From Podarcis liolepis (Eukaryota): a stretch of DNA of 64,000 bases. The translations under genes and the position numbers were made by a program. Below, one piece after another: positions 49,941 through 63,774 of the stretch. The stretch lies in the NCBI GenBank assembly GCA_965112155.1, contig OZ218104.1, one strand, 5' to 3'. Every line of letters starts with the position of its first letter. Within the stretch, counting starts at the first letter, position 1. Below the pieces are notes generated by a model. It did no database searches. It saw only the letters and a program-made list of their open reading frames with translations, and was not told where the DNA came from.

Positions 49941-52278
49941 TTCAAATTTGAATTCAAATTGTAATACAATAAAAACTCAATGTAAGAAGCAATAAAAATA
50001 TGAAAAATATGAATTAAAAGTCAGTAGGAATATTTAATGTGATAAATGTGCCATCTTCAACCATAAATCCACAGATGCTCTACGGACCACCTGAATGAAA
50101 CTCACAGACCATTGAAGGTCTGCAAACCAGTTTGGGGACTCCTCTTTTAGATGGCAAAGTGAGATATAAATGATTGGCAATAAACAATAGCTATAATTGA
50201 CAATAATCACAACTCTTGTCTTTCCTTCCCTTCTTTTTCCACTCTCTTTCTTCTTCCAATCCAACCCATCATTCTTTCATCCCACCAGTTTATCCGAACT
50301 ATTGTGTTAGAAATCTGGGTTTTATGCACAAAACCCTGCTCTCCTGTTGGCTATAATACAAATAGCCTGTTCATTTAGCCTATCTGATTTGCATATTCAT
50401 AATTGGACTAACCTCTATGACTTCTCCAAAACCTCCTGCGAAGCTGTTGTCTTCTCCTTCCGCTATAGCTCACTAGTCACCCTAGTGTAATATGGCTTTG
50501 GGCAACAAGTGTAAAACGAGGGGAAATATTTACAAAATTAGGCAATGTTTTAAATGCCCCTGCTTGAGACCAATTGCAAAACCTTTTATCATGAGAGTAC
50601 AACACTTCAGAAATTGGCAAGAAACAGAGGCCAAATGAATGAGCCTCTTTCCAACTGTGACTGAGATTTGGCAGACATGAGTGGAGGTTCCTCACTCATT
50701 CTGAGGTTGAGAATTCTTGGGAAACTAGACAGCAGTGCTCCCAATATTTGATGAAATGCAGCCTGCACTATGGAAAGTAATACCTTACCTTGGACTGCAC
50801 AGCCATTAATACTCTTAATGCTCCCTACCATTCATGCTAAGCATCTTTACAATGCTGTTGAATCACTGTGTCTGGGATTCCCAATCATTTCTTTTCCCTG
50901 AGCTGCATATTCTGAAAGACCACATTCCCAGGACCCTGGAAGTGTTTTTGAGGTAGAGTGGGGTGGCCACTCAAGGCAGTCCACTTAAAATGGAAATGGA
51001 AATGGGTTCTAACTGAAAATATAGTTTATGAATATTATTAGGATACCCTGGTTCCCCTCACAGAACTACAGTTCTCAGAGTCATTTGACAGTCAATCCGT
51101 ATTCCCAAGGAACTCCGGGAATTATTGTTCTCTGAGAGGAATACAGACCTCCTAACAACCTTAACACCCATAACAAACTACAGTTCTCAGGATTCTTTGG
51201 GGAAGCTATGACAGTTTAAAGTATTATGCTACTGATTTACATGTATAATGCAGATGCAGAGCAAGTCTTGCTGAAGAAAAATCTTGTGCAAAGTCTACTC
51301 ATTTCTCATTAACCCTTTAGAGTTACTTTGAGAATGTAATAGTGATGGTCCATTATGCATTGGACTTCCAAGAAGCTTTGGACAAAGGCCCACTCTAAAG
51401 CTGTCTGAGTACACTTAGGAGTCAAAGGATAAGAGGAACAGTCCTCTGGTTAAGGAGCAGGAAGGAGAGGGGGGAAGGAGTCAGGTGTGTGTATTACCCT
51501 AATGCGGCTGATTTTACAGAGCAGTGAGGGGACTGTAAAAAAGACATTAATGGCTGCATCCAGACAGGATTATTGCATTAGTTTTCCTGGTTATAATGCT
51601 AGTGCTGTGCCATTTTCTAATGTTCCTTTTACACTTCGCTACCTGCTTCATTATGGAACTGTGGCTTTTTTATTGATGTATCACCATGTCCCCCTAAATT
51701 TCATTCACATCCTTGACTATGGTGTGACACAGCAGCCGGCATCATTGGACATGTTGCCGCTGTGTATGCAGATGTGCACTTCTGTTTTCCCTACGGTTCC
51801 TCCATGAAAACGACAGGAAAGAACTGTATGCCAGAATACAATCCCAAATTTCGTCCCAGTGTATGATCCATGAAAACCTCAGGGAACTAGCATCTTACAA
51901 ACCTCCCACGATTTTGCGGGTTAATGGGGTTGCAAACAGATTTTGTTCTGGAAGCAATTAGCACAGAAATGAAGGCTAAACTTCCACCACATTCCTGTAG
52001 ATTTCTAGAAGTAGTGTTTAAGTCACACGAAAGATCACATAAAACATGTAAATTATCAGATAAGGAAACATCAGGAAAATGGAATAAGGCGCTGTCTGAA
52101 TGCAGGCTGTGTCATGTTGCACATCTGAGTGCCAAAGAAGCATAATGTTCATTGAGATGAATGCCTACAGTGACAATAGTTCATTCAAGGAAGATAATCT
52201 CGTTTTAGAAGCCTGCCAACTTACAGTGTCACTTCTGCTTTTAGGCTAGGGAACCTTTTTCAATAAGTATGAGGGTTG

Positions 52279-52858
52279 TTTTTTTTTTAAAGATATTTGT
52301 TAAAAGTTTAATAGTTACAGAAAAAAGAAGAAAGAAACAATAAAAAGTTCACAATACATCAAAAATAAAGAGAAAAAACAAAAAAAACCAATACAACAAA
52401 ACAACAAGAAAAGCAAAAACATTTAAAAAACACATCCAATATCTCTATATCTCTACCTTTCATTTACTTGTATCATCGACCTCCTCATACCTCCCTTTTT
52501 GTATTCTTGTTCAATTAGCTATTTCAGCAAATCCTTTCCATCTTTCTTAATTTTTGTTCTATAATTTATCTTAACACAATCTAACCTTAAATTTCCACTT
52601 TGACCCATTAACAATCTATTTTTACTTAATTCTTTATAACATTTCTGCTAAGGCCATATAACTTCATTCCAGCATCCTTCTAACATTCATTAATTTTACA
52701 ATATTTCTGTAAATAAACTTTAAATTTTTTCCAGTCTTCTTCCACCGACTCTTCTCCCTGGTCTCGGATTCTGCCAGTCATTTCTGCCAACTCCATGTAG
52801 TCCATCAGCTTCATCTGCCATTCTTCCCAGGTGGGTAGATCTTGTGTCTTCCAGTACT
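52279..52858 (-). mobile_element. 5'-truncated L1-clade LINE (ORF2 C-terminus, 3' UTR, poly-A)
   Basis: Minus-strand frame YWKTQDLPTWEEWQMKLMDYMELAEMTGRIRDQGEESVEEDWKKFKVYLQKYCKINEC-TAG (stop at 52680-52682); T-tract at 52279. Confidence 0.75.
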
Positions 52859-55783
52859 ATTTTTCAATACAGTAACCTCCCAAGGGTCCCATGCAACCTC
52901 CCAAGGGTCCCATGCTAGTGGTGGGCGGTGCCAGAGGCAAAAGTGAACTGAGCAAAATATATGATCTTGTACAGTAAGCTATGCTTCAACCATGCAAAAA
53001 TCAGCTTTCCATGTGTGCATGCACTCACTTGTCCCTATGTATACACACATTTCTTCATCCAGGCAAACAAGAAGCGTTATCACAGTTCAAAGACATATTC
53101 CAGCAAGGCAAAGTACTCAAGGGGGGGGGGGCGTGTCCTGGGAAAAGTCTCAGGGGCCTCATAAACTTGCAGAGCCACATTCCATTCCTGAGCCTATGGT
53201 GAGTCATGAGGGCCAGATAGCAAAGGCTTGAACACTGCATTCTAGCCCTGGGCTTGAGATTCCCTCCTCCTATTCTACTGTTACGTAACAAACCTTGGAG
53301 CCTACAAGCTTCTTTTTCATTGGTGAAGTCACCATAATCATATTATTCTGAGTCTCATGAGATGCATTTGGAAAGGGTTGTCTCCTCTGCGGCAGGATCA
53401 TTCAAAGAAAGTTAATACAGCGGGATTATGTTAGCTATCCAATTTGGTATGGTAATATTGAGCTTTGCCAGCAGTGTCTCCTTAATTCTATTTATTAAAA
53501 CCACTGCATTCACGATAGGCTGTGGTGTTCTATTACTTTGTCCTCAGAGAGTTGGTTCTGTGACCAGTGTCCTCCTTAGAAAATAGGAAATATGCTCTCT
53601 TGACTTTGAGCCAAGGCGCTCTAGATTTCATCCGTGCAAGGTTAAATATATGCCCCAAAGTAAACACAAAATTAAATACAAAAATCCCTTAAGCTCTTCT
53701 GTTTGAAATAAATCTCAAGCCTCCTGCCCCACCACCACCTTCTTCTTAAAAAACAAAAACAAAAAAAGTACATTCAGAGTTCTGCCTGGAAGAAAATTTA
53801 TCACTCATCAGCTCATAAAGATACCCTCCTTCCAAAGTATTTTGATCTGTATGTCTGCGTGTATACACATGAGGAAATGACATGACCACAGTGTGCAGTG
53901 AGGCAGTCAACTGAAATCCTTTTGTAAGCTCTGTCAGTGCTTTTGGTGGATACTGCTGAAAAGTGAATTTTCTCTATAAACGAGCTAAAGCTGGCGCATT
54001 GTCCGGACATCTGCACAGAGTAAAATAAACATCCATTTCAATAATGTATGGAATAAATCCTGCTCGAGCTGGCCTGGAGGGGATAAACAGAAGCATTACA
54101 CAGCACATCCTCAAGCAAAGGGTGGGGCATGCACTTTTCCTGCCAGCCAGATCTGGACACCACCGATTGCATCATGAAGAGAGAACATGCTTTAAATTTA
54201 TGCCGTGCAGCCCGAGGCACTGTTGCTCCTGTACAAATGCGCCTTGCTGTGTCTGTGAACCAAAAGCCCCAGCTACATCTCAGATAGCCTGCTTTTTCCT
54301 ATGCCAGTGAGGCTCATTTTGTACTCTTAATAGCAAACTGTAGGACAGTTGGATGCAGTGTTGGCTCAAAGGTGTGCAGGGACTTAGGGTAACCATTTAT
54401 GCGTTAGCTTCCCCCTACCCACCCAAAGGAAACATACCATAGAGAAAAGAGGGCATGCATTTGCATAAAATCAGCATATGCTAAGGTCTATGTGCAAATT
54501 TAGAACTAATGACTGCAATTCAAATAGAAATACAGCCTGTCTCACAACAGTGAGGAAGACTTTGACCAGGTAGCACACGTGCCTGCTCAGTCTGCTGTCC
54601 AGCTACTCACTGTTCCTGATTGACAATAAGACTCCTGATCTCCCGTCTTAGGGGTCATTTTATCTTTAAACTGGACATGAACTGGGCAGCCCTTCAAATC
54701 AAGGACATCTTCAAATAGAGAACTGCCTTCCTATGCTTCTTCAAACAGTAGATTGTCCTCTATAAAGTAGGACATGAGACTATGCTAGAAAATGCTCAGT
54801 GGGGCCTCTATTGCTTACAAGTCACGACTGTCATCACTGCGCACTGAATTCTCCATTCCATCTGGGCATGATCTGCACCATTGCCCAGCAGAAGACAAGA
54901 CTGTGAGGCTCCAGTGGTTTAGCTTTAGTATGTTCCCAGTTATGCCAGCCCCTGGTGCTAGGGATGCAAGAAGGCATCGTTTCCCATTCTACCCCATAGT
55001 TACCACATACAGATAAGTTTCTGTTCTGTTGCAGTTCGTATTTCACCAAAAACTCTATTATTTGATTTACTCTCCACACTGGCAAAATGTAACTTATGAT
55101 ATTCCACCCTATTATTTTCAGTGCTAAGGAAATGCAATGCAAATGGGTGTGTGGAATCAATTACTAACATTTGTGGACCGAAAGCAACAACAGCAGCAAA
55201 TACCAATCTTATTCACTGCATTCATTTCTGTTTTGGGCATGGGCTGAATAAGTGAACATCAGCAACATTTTCATTCTTGTTTTCATTTTTGTCTGAATTC
55301 TCCAACATCTCTACCTAATGCTGGACCTGATTATGTTTTTCTAGTGTATCTTTGACCTATCAGTGCAGGTTAGTAACAGAGAGTAGAATATATATCATAT
55401 ATATCATGAGGCAGCCAGGGCAGTAACGCTTCCAGTGAGATCAAGGATTTTACCAGTATGTCCCTAGTTTCCTCTGTGAGTCATTGGGAGGTTTTGCACT
55501 TCCAAGATAGGAAGTCAATCTGTTTAAATGCCTGTCTGCTCAGATGTAATTCCTCAGCTGTCATTTTGACAAGCAGATCCTTCAGCTTGAGTCTGCAAAT
55601 AGCTGATGTCCACCCACCATTCCTTTTATCACCTTTCTGATTATTACAGAAGCTCAGTTTGGAAACCCCTCAGAAGAGTAAAGCCTGGAGATGATTGATG
55701 TCGAAATCTCCACATTTCTGCCTTGAGCTCTTTGAACCTAGTGGACAAATTTAATTAGTACCCAACTTTGAATCTCCCAACAA

Positions 55784-55788
55784 GAAAG

Positions 55789-55822
<34 letters not shown>
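55784..55822. repeat. (GAAA)n microsatellite
   Basis: Direct reading. Confidence 0.9.
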
Positions 55823-55824
<2 letters not shown>

Positions 55825-56275
55825 TCTTAACTAGAATCGAATATCTTCAATTTTATATGCAGGATCCCAAATTCTCTGGAATAGCTGTAGGACAACAAAA
55901 GGAATAAAGCCCAATGCTGAAGTGGCTGTAAATTAAGTCTCGCTGATACTGCATGATTTGTCTTTTCTTTACTTCTAGCCCTCGTGTTAATCAGATGCTC
56001 CACAGGGGTAAAAGAAGTAGGGAAGGGAAGGGAAAAGGAAGCAGAGAGCACTTTTGATGAATTAGTAGGGGTGAGGAATAAATGGATCTGGGAAATGAAA
56101 ATGTCATCAGGCCACGGCCGATTAATTCCCATTGCAAGAGGTATGAGAAGGAGTTTGTACTGGGTGGCAGCAGGGGCAGGCAGGGCGACACATGTAGTAA
56201 ACTACTGAATAAAATAACTTGCTCACCAGGGCCCAGAAGGGCTCACTTGGAGCCTTTATTACATATCTTAAGGTG

Positions 56276-56365
56276 CATAGCTGTCAACTTTTCCCTTTTC
56301 TTGAGAGGAATCCTATTCGGAATAAGGGAATTTCCTTTTAAAAAAGGGAAACTTTGACAGCTATG
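56276..56365. mobile_element. 90-bp MITE (hAT-like)
   Basis: Perfect 12-bp TIR catagctgtcaa and perfect 8-bp TSD ttaaggtg. Confidence 0.85.
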
Positions 56366-56472
56366 TTAAGGTGCCCGGTGAAAATGTTACTTTATAACCA
56401 GGCTTTCGGCTGTTAACAATAACAATAATTTATTTACCGTATATGCTGCCCCTCTGACTGGGTTCCCTATGG

Positions 56473-56596
56473 TAAGGTTACCAGACGTCCCCGTCTCCCG
56501 GGGACAGTCCCCGGATTTACAAATCAGTCCCCATACAAAATCCATTGAAGTTGAAAAGTGTCCCTGGATTCATTGAAAAAAAATCTGGTAACATTT
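56473..56596. mobile_element. Short hAT/Tip100-like MITE
   Basis: TIR core gttaccaga / tctggtaac; cctatgg duplicated on both flanks. Confidence 0.65.
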
Positions 56597-56912
56597 CCTA
56601 TGGCCTTTTAAATGTGTTTGTAGGAAGGGTTTTATTGGTTTGCTATTTTTTTAATGTTTTGTGTTCCTAATTTATATTTATATTTTGTGAACCGCCCTGT
56701 GATCTTTGGATTAAGGGCAATATACAAATTTCATAAATAATAATAATACATTCTCCAAACACGTTCCCTCCAGATGTCTAGAAATACAACACCTATCACC
56801 CCCATACTTCAGACTCTACAATTATATGGTTCTATGAGTTGTAGTCCAACAATGCCTGGAGGCCACACATTGTCAATATATATGAGTGTATATATGAGTG
56901 TATATGTGTGAG

Positions 56913-57935
56913 TGTCATGGGTCGTATATGTGTGAGTGTCGCTTCACCTGCTGAACAGTAACCTGAAGGCAGAGTGACTCCACCTGCAGCTGATCAGCCT
57001 TCAAGGACACAAAGGAGAAGGTGCTGATGAGAACTAGGTGGCTTCAGCCTTCTTAAGCAGAGCTTCCAGCAGCAGTCAGATGCTGGTTGCAACACTTGTG
57101 GTTCCTGGTTCTATCTTGCTGCTTCCTGCTCATTTTGACTCTTGACCCCAAGAGCATCGGATTCCCTGACCCCTGGATCGACTGCCACATAGATGCCAAT
57201 GCAATTCTGGGCTGCATCAATAGGAGTATAGCATCTAGATCAAGGGAAGTAATAGTGCCACTGTATTCTGCTCTGGTCAGTCCTCACCTGGAGTACTGTG
57301 TCCAGTTCTGGGCACCACAATTCAAGAAGGACACTGACAAACTGGAACGTGTCCAGAGGAGGGCAACCAAAATGGTCAAAGGCCTGGAAACGATGCCTTA
57401 TGAGGAACGGCTAAGGGAGCTGGGCATGTTTAGCCTGGAGAAGAGGAGGTTAAGGGGTGATATGATAGCCATGTTCAAATATATAAAAGGATGTCATAAA
57501 AGGATGTCACATAGAGGAAGGAGAAAGGTTGTTTTCTGCTGCTCCAGAGAAGCGGACACGGAGCAATGGATCCAAACTACAAGAAAGAAGATTCCACCTA
57601 AACATTAGGAAGAACTTCCTGACAGTAAGAGCTGTTCGACAGTGGAATTTGCTGCCAAGGAGTGTGGTGGAGTCTCCTTCTTTGGAGGTCTTTAAGCAGA
57701 GGCTTGACAACTATATGTCAGGAGTGCTCTGATGGTGTTTCCTGCTTGGCAGGGGGTTGGACTCGATGGCCCTTGTGGTCTCTTCCAAACTCTATGATTC
57801 TACTGTTTGCCTGACCCTAGGACTGGACCTGACTTTGGATGTGGATTCTGCCTCCAGGCAAGTTCACCTCAGAGTCTTTTCTGGTTGGCTGGCCTCCCAC
57901 TCCATTGAGCCCTGCGCGTTGCTCAGCAACAAGAC
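56913..57935 (+). mobile_element. Possible solo LTR split by the CR1 insertion
   Basis: Begins TGTCATG; pyrimidine-rich ctgacc/ggac repeats continue on both sides of the CR1. Confidence 0.35.
57193..57802 (+). mobile_element. CR1 LINE 3' fragment
   Basis: [46 protein letters not shown]...[11 protein letters not shown]; frameshift at a duplicated ataaaaggatgtc; CR1 tail ctatgattcta. Confidence 0.95.
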
Positions 57936-59332
57936 TGTGGGTGGGTGGGTGTGGTGGGTGTAAAAATCAACCCCCCACCTTTTGGGGACCAGAGGCACAT
58001 CTGGAAATCTTAAGAAACTGTCATGGACACCACAAAATACCCACTTCCAAAAAGATGCTCAAAAAAACCCACCCTAAAAAAGGAGGGGAACCAAAATTAC
58101 ACAAGGCAAGACATATGTGCCAAAACAAAATACAGGCAAAAACAGCCCCCTCTACCCCAAAAACAAGAGGCAACCCTCCCCAACCAAACCAAGACACAAT
58201 TCTTAAAATGTGGGAGCAGCAGGGGGCCTTGGCAGCCACAAAGAAAGGCACTATGGTGCCAAATTAGAGACCACTACTGTAGAGTAAAAATTGTAATGCA
58301 GCAATACATTTTAGAAGCAATTTTGAGGGTTTTTTGTAGGGGCGAATGAGTACAAATGATCTTCCTGCAAAATTCTAGAGTGTAGGAAAGTATGCTTATT
58401 TTGCCATCTCTAGCGTTCCAGAAAGAGAGACTACACACTGTGGATTAAGTGTTAGAACTAAAACAGTTGCTGGCACAAAACTTTGCTATTATTTGCTACA
58501 GTGAAAAACTTACCTAAACTACCAAGACACCTGATTGCAGTGGAGAGAGTGGCAAAAATCCACTATATCTTTATACTCCCAAATTTAAGAGACAAGCACC
58601 TGCTACATCTGAGATTGACTTACAAATGCCTGAAGCAAGGCAGATGATAAACAATTGCATGTGGTTTTTTTGTTTGTTTTTTATTGACAGCATAAAATTC
58701 TAAATTTAAACTGCCAGGTAGGAAGATGTTGCATGGATTTTAAATGATGCTATATCTCACATTTATGAGCAGTCTTTTAATAGAAAAAGAGCCCGTCTGG
58801 TGTCTGTGGCTGATAGCAAGCAAGTTAATGCAGCACTTTGGGAGTGCAGAGAATAATGTGGACAAAATGACTCTGTACTTGAAGGCAGATGAGAAGTAAT
58901 TGTCAGCGATGACTTTGGAAGATAGGAAGCTGCCTTTAAGTGAGTCAGACGGTTGGTCCATTTAGCTCAGTATTGTCCTGAGCAATACTGGATTTACGGT
59001 GGTGTGAGCACAGAGGACACTGAGCCAAGGGGGCACAAAATAATAATAATTTTTTTAAAAGGAATTATTGTGAAAATGAGAAGTATTTTGGGGAAGGGTG
59101 CCAAATTTTGTCCTCGCTCAGGGCACCATATTACCAAAGTCTGCTACTATCTTGAGATGCTGGCAATAATGTTCCTGGGCTTCCTACAGAGTCTTTCCAA
59201 TTCATACCTGGAGATGTCATTTGGGATTGAACCTTGGATTTTCTCTCTACAAAGCATTTGCTCTACTAATGAGGCACGGCTCTGCCTAGGGAAGCTGCCT
59301 TATACTGAGGCAGGCCATTCATCCATCTAAAC

Positions 59333-59590
59333 CAGGGGTCGGCAACCTTTTTCAGCCATGGGCTGGTCCACCGTCCCTCAGACCATGTGGTGGGCCGGAC
59401 TATATTTTTTTTGTGGTGGTGGGGGGAATGAACAAACTCCTATGCCCCACAAATAATCCAGAGATGCATTTTAAATAAAAGGACACATTCTACTCATGTA
59501 AAAACACGCTCATTCCCAGACCGTCTGTGGGCTGGACTGAGGCGGCAATTGGCCGCATCCAGCCCACGGGCCTTGGGTTGCCTAGCCCTG
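59333..59590. mobile_element. Non-autonomous hAT element
   Basis: TIR caggggtcggcaacc / ggttgcctagccctg; perfect 8-bp TSD atctaaac; a related end fragment lies at about 30120-30218. Confidence 0.85.
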
Positions 59591-61084
59591 ATCTAAACTG
59601 AGGAAAAGCACATCATCTAGGCCAATGAGGGGGTGCAGCCTGGAGAGAAAGGGTGTGGCCTGGGGAGTGGGCATTGCCTGATGAGATACCTGAGGGTCAG
59701 ATGAAGGGGACTGGAGTTCCATATTTGGACCTAGGCTCACAACCTCTAGTGTACATATTTTAAAGGAAGGAAGGAAAATGAAATAAAGGAACAAGTAAGT
59801 TGTATGTTGTCAGCTGTCTGGCATCATCTCCTATTTTGAGCTCTGATAACAAAACATCTGATAACAAAAATATTACTTGACAAATGGATTAACAGAGAAA
59901 TTGATTGACAGAAATTACATGGTAAGCAGGTGGAGAATCTATGACAGAGCTGCTGCCGCTTCCCATGCCCTGCTGGGTCCCACTGCCTAGGGAAGGAGGT
60001 TGGGAGCCATCTTTTCTCCTAAGCCTGATGAGTCACAACTCAATGGTAGAGCACAGACATGGCATGTATAACGTCCCAGGTTCAATCCCCACAATTTCTG
60101 GGTAGGGCTGGGAACGTCCTTTGCCTGGAGAGCCACTTCCAGTCAGTATGGACAATACTGAGCTGGGTGGACAAATGGTCTGACTCAGTGCAGTTTCCTG
60201 TGTCAATATTTAATTACATCCTTTATTCAGAACCACAAGGACTAGAATAATTTTGAAGGAAGGGCCATCTGCCTTGCATGCAGAGAGGGTCCCAGGTTTG
60301 ATCTTTGTCATCTCTAGGTAAGGCTGGTAAAGAATCCTGTCTGAACCCCTGGAAAGCTGCTTCTTAGATGGACCAGTGATTTTACTCATTAGAACGCAGC
60401 TTCCTTTGCTCCTAAAGCAGAGCAAAAAAAAAGAGTCTGAAAGCCTGGACATCCAATGCAAACCTGGTGCAGACCTCGTTTACTCATAGATACTAGGGGA
60501 GCAACTACCATCCTTGAAATGTATGAAGTGGGTGTTGGATAAAGAGAGTTTTGCAGATTAGTTTGCTGGCTTGTATAACCCTTTTACTCATGCTTGGAAT
60601 CCCATCCTAGAATAAAGGAAATAGCTACACTCTACTGACTTTCAGATAAGCACAATTGGGACTAATTGGCCTGTCCCAGACTCATTGAGCCCAGACTCTT
60701 GGCAGTCTCCATGAAAGGAAGATGAAGGAGGCTGTTGGAAAGCAACTCAACAGCTCTGGCTTCGAGTCCTTTGGCTGGGCCTCAGATATAATCTGTAGCC
60801 TAAATTTACTTGCTTTTTGTGATCCTTCATTCTTCCTTGTCCTGCTCTGAGCCTGCTAATTACCTAGAGTTCCTTCCCAATATCATAGAAACATTAGTCC
60901 ATCTAGCTCAGGATCATCTGCTCTGACTGGTAGTGGCCCTTCATGAATTCAGATAGGGGACACCCCCAGCCTTATCTGGATATGTTTCTGGGGATTGAAT
61001 TTGGGACCTTCCGCATTCAAAGCAGATACTCTACCACTGAGTTTTAAGCATTCCCCATCCTCTTCGTTGGGTCATATTGGAAGT

Positions 61085-61390
61085 AGAACATTGACAGCCC
61101 TACCCATGAACTTGCTAATCCTCTTCTAAAACCATCCAGGTTGGTGGCCATCACTGCATCTTGGGGAAGCAGATTCCATAGTTTAACTATGTCGTATGTG
61201 AAGAAGTACTATATTTTGTCTGTCCTAAATCTTCCAACCTTCAGATTCATTAGATGGCCTCAGATTCTAGTATTATGAGAAAAACTTCTCTCTGTCAACT
61301 TTCTTCACACTGTGCATCTATCATGTCCCCACTTACTCACCTTTTTCTAAACTTAAAAGCCCCAAATATTGTAACCATTTCTTATAGACA
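61085..61390 (-). mobile_element. Old CR1 fragment
   Basis: Reverse-strand similarity to the CR1 ORF2 end (ttccatagtttaact..., cccaaat...). Confidence 0.55.
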
Positions 61391-63041
61391 ACTTGGTAGT
61401 ATCCCATGAGTTTCAGAAGGGTACTCACTATGTGAGGATAACTTACAATGGGTCTGCATTAATACCTGGAAACAGCAGGAGTCACAAGAACTTCAGTAGC
61501 TGTATTTATGAATCAATAAAAGGTCAACATCTGCATAGATCAGCTAGTGCTTGGTACATGGATAAGACTAAGAGCTTGTCCACACTTCTGCTTGTCCCAT
61601 GCTTTCTAGGTGTGAGTTTGGGCAGTTTCTCATTTGTCCCACCATTCTCCTCAGGAAAACCCACTGTTTACCACAAAAATGGGGGGAAAGTAAATCTGCA
61701 GAAAAACTGATTGGCATTTGTTCTGATTTAACAATAAACTGTGGGTTTCCCCAGCAGAAAGTGGCAGGACAAATGGAAGTGTGGTCAAGCCCTATGGTTC
61801 CAGCTAGTTCCCACTGAGCTACGGAGGGATGTGCAAAATCTCTCAATTTCAGTTTCTTTTAGTTTCTCATTTCCGTTCATTTTTCCTGCATTTCCACATC
61901 AGTTTGCTAAAATAATAATAATAATTGTCATGAAAATTCATTAGCGTTTTAGTTCAAATTTAGTTCAAAGTTCTGCAAGAGGGACAGGTGTCTCCAAGCA
62001 ATTCCTAGCACAGCACCTATTATAGACTATGACTTCTATGGCTATGACTTCTTTGGCAGAAGCCACAGCTGCTTAAAGTGATACCATACAGCTTTAAATG
62101 CATGGTGTGAATGTGGCCTGTATGTGGAAGGGGACATTCCCACTGAAACAAAACAAAGGGCCTTCTCTGAATTTAGAAAATAGAGTGTTAGGTAGTGAGG
62201 TATAGCCTGACTTTCTCTCTGACACCCTCGTTTGCTCTATCAACAAAGCCAGCCTACTCCCTCAGCAAACAAATCCTTATTATTCCATATATATCCTGAC
62301 TAATGCCTTAATTTTCCCATAGCAGAATCCTAAAAGGGTTTCATTTATTCATTTTCCCTATGATGCTTAGTGCTTAGACAAGTGGAGACAGGGGCGTGTC
62401 TTAAACAAATCTCAGCAAAGCTAACTGATAGTAATTTTATCTCCAAAGCATAATGCAAATGGAGCAATCTCATAGTCAGGCACCTACAAGATTGTCTTGG
62501 CAAGATGCCAGCTTTGACTCACAAATGTTCCTTGGCTAAATTGGATCCAGATGTTTACATGACATAAAATATTAACAAACATTTCCCAGGGGCAGCCAAT
62601 AGTTATTGAGCTAGTAAATTAATAAACGAATCCAAAAAAGAAAGAAAAGAAAAATCATTAGGGTGGCACCCAAGTCTTTAGCCAAACATCAGCTTTAGTT
62701 TATTTATTTTAATAAAAGAGGGATGTGTTATTCTAATTTAATTAATTACAGCCATTTAAAAGTAATGTTTGCCTAGGTTATTACTGAAAGGTTATGCAGG
62801 ATAACATTTAGGAAAGCAACCCTTATCCTGTTTATGTAAGTGATTAAAATTGTACTGCTTGTTCTTTTCTCAAATGTTTCCATGCCCCCACCCCCACCTC
62901 TCATGAAGAAACAGAGCTGAATTAACAATTATATTGAGTATGCTGCAGAGATGAGCCCAACTCATGTGGTTCTTGCCATGGTTAGGTGGAATGTCATTGT
63001 TGCAGAGATTGTCTAGAGGCTCATGGAGAAGAATAGCGATG

Positions 63042-63353
63042 GCATGGTCGGCGGTTCGAATCCCTGCAGCAGGGTGAGCTCCCGTCGTTCGGTCCCAGCT
63101 CCTGCCCACCTAGCAGTTCGAAAGCACCCTTAAGTGCAAGTAGATAAATAGGTACCGCTTTATAGCGGGAAGGTAAATGGCGTTCCGTGTGCTTCTCTGG
63201 TGCCGGTTCGCCCGAGCAGCTTCGTCACACTGGCCACGTGACCTGGAAGTGTCTGCGGACAGCGCTGGCTCCCGGCCTCTAGAGTGAGATGAGCGCACAA
63301 CCCTAGAGTCTGTCAAGACTGGCCCGTATGGGCAGGGGTACCTTTACCTTTAC
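63042..63353 (+). mobile_element. 5'-truncated Sauria SINE, subfamily B
   Basis: Closely matches the reverse complement of 41234-41550; ends in acctttaccttt. Confidence 0.88.
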
Positions 63354-63720
63354 TAGACATGATGACTATGCTCTGCTTCAAGGCTCGGAGGCAGTAATAC
63401 TTCTGAATACTAGTTGCTAGAAACCATAGGAGGGGAGAGTGCTCTTGTGCTCAAGTCCTGCTTGCAAGTTTCCCACCAGCATCAGTCGGCCATAGAATGC
63501 TGGTCTAGATGGGTCATTGACCTGACCCAGCAGAGTCTTCTTATGACCTTATGGTCTTCTTGTTCCTATCCTATTCTCCGAAGCAAAGCTGAGAATATAG
63601 TGGCAGTCAAGCTGGAGAGGGCTGTGGGAAAAGTTAAATTCTAAGCAGTTTGTCTGGAGGCTATATACAGTTCTGTTTATAAGGAGCAAGATCACACCTT
63701 TCTTTTAGTACTCATGAGTA

Positions 63721-63774
63721 CAGTCGTACCTTGGAAGTTGAATGGAATCCGTTTCGGAAGTCCGTTCGACTTCC
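63721..63774. mobile_element. Left end of a Tc1/mariner-type MITE, interrupted by a poly(T)-headed insertion
   Basis: TA-cagtcgtaccttgg...aatccgtttcggaagtccg resembles the start of 19090. Confidence 0.6.

Noticed and set aside
57087-57732. 173-aa ORF with a signal-peptide-like N-terminus
   Set aside because: Chance fusion of flanking sequence to a frameshifted CR1 ORF2 fragment.
60024-60060. Other CTGATGA words (for example 1416, 3614, 57024, 59678, 60024) as hammerheads or C/D snoRNA boxes
   Set aside because: None is followed by a stem II plus GAAA, and no convincing terminal stems were seen.
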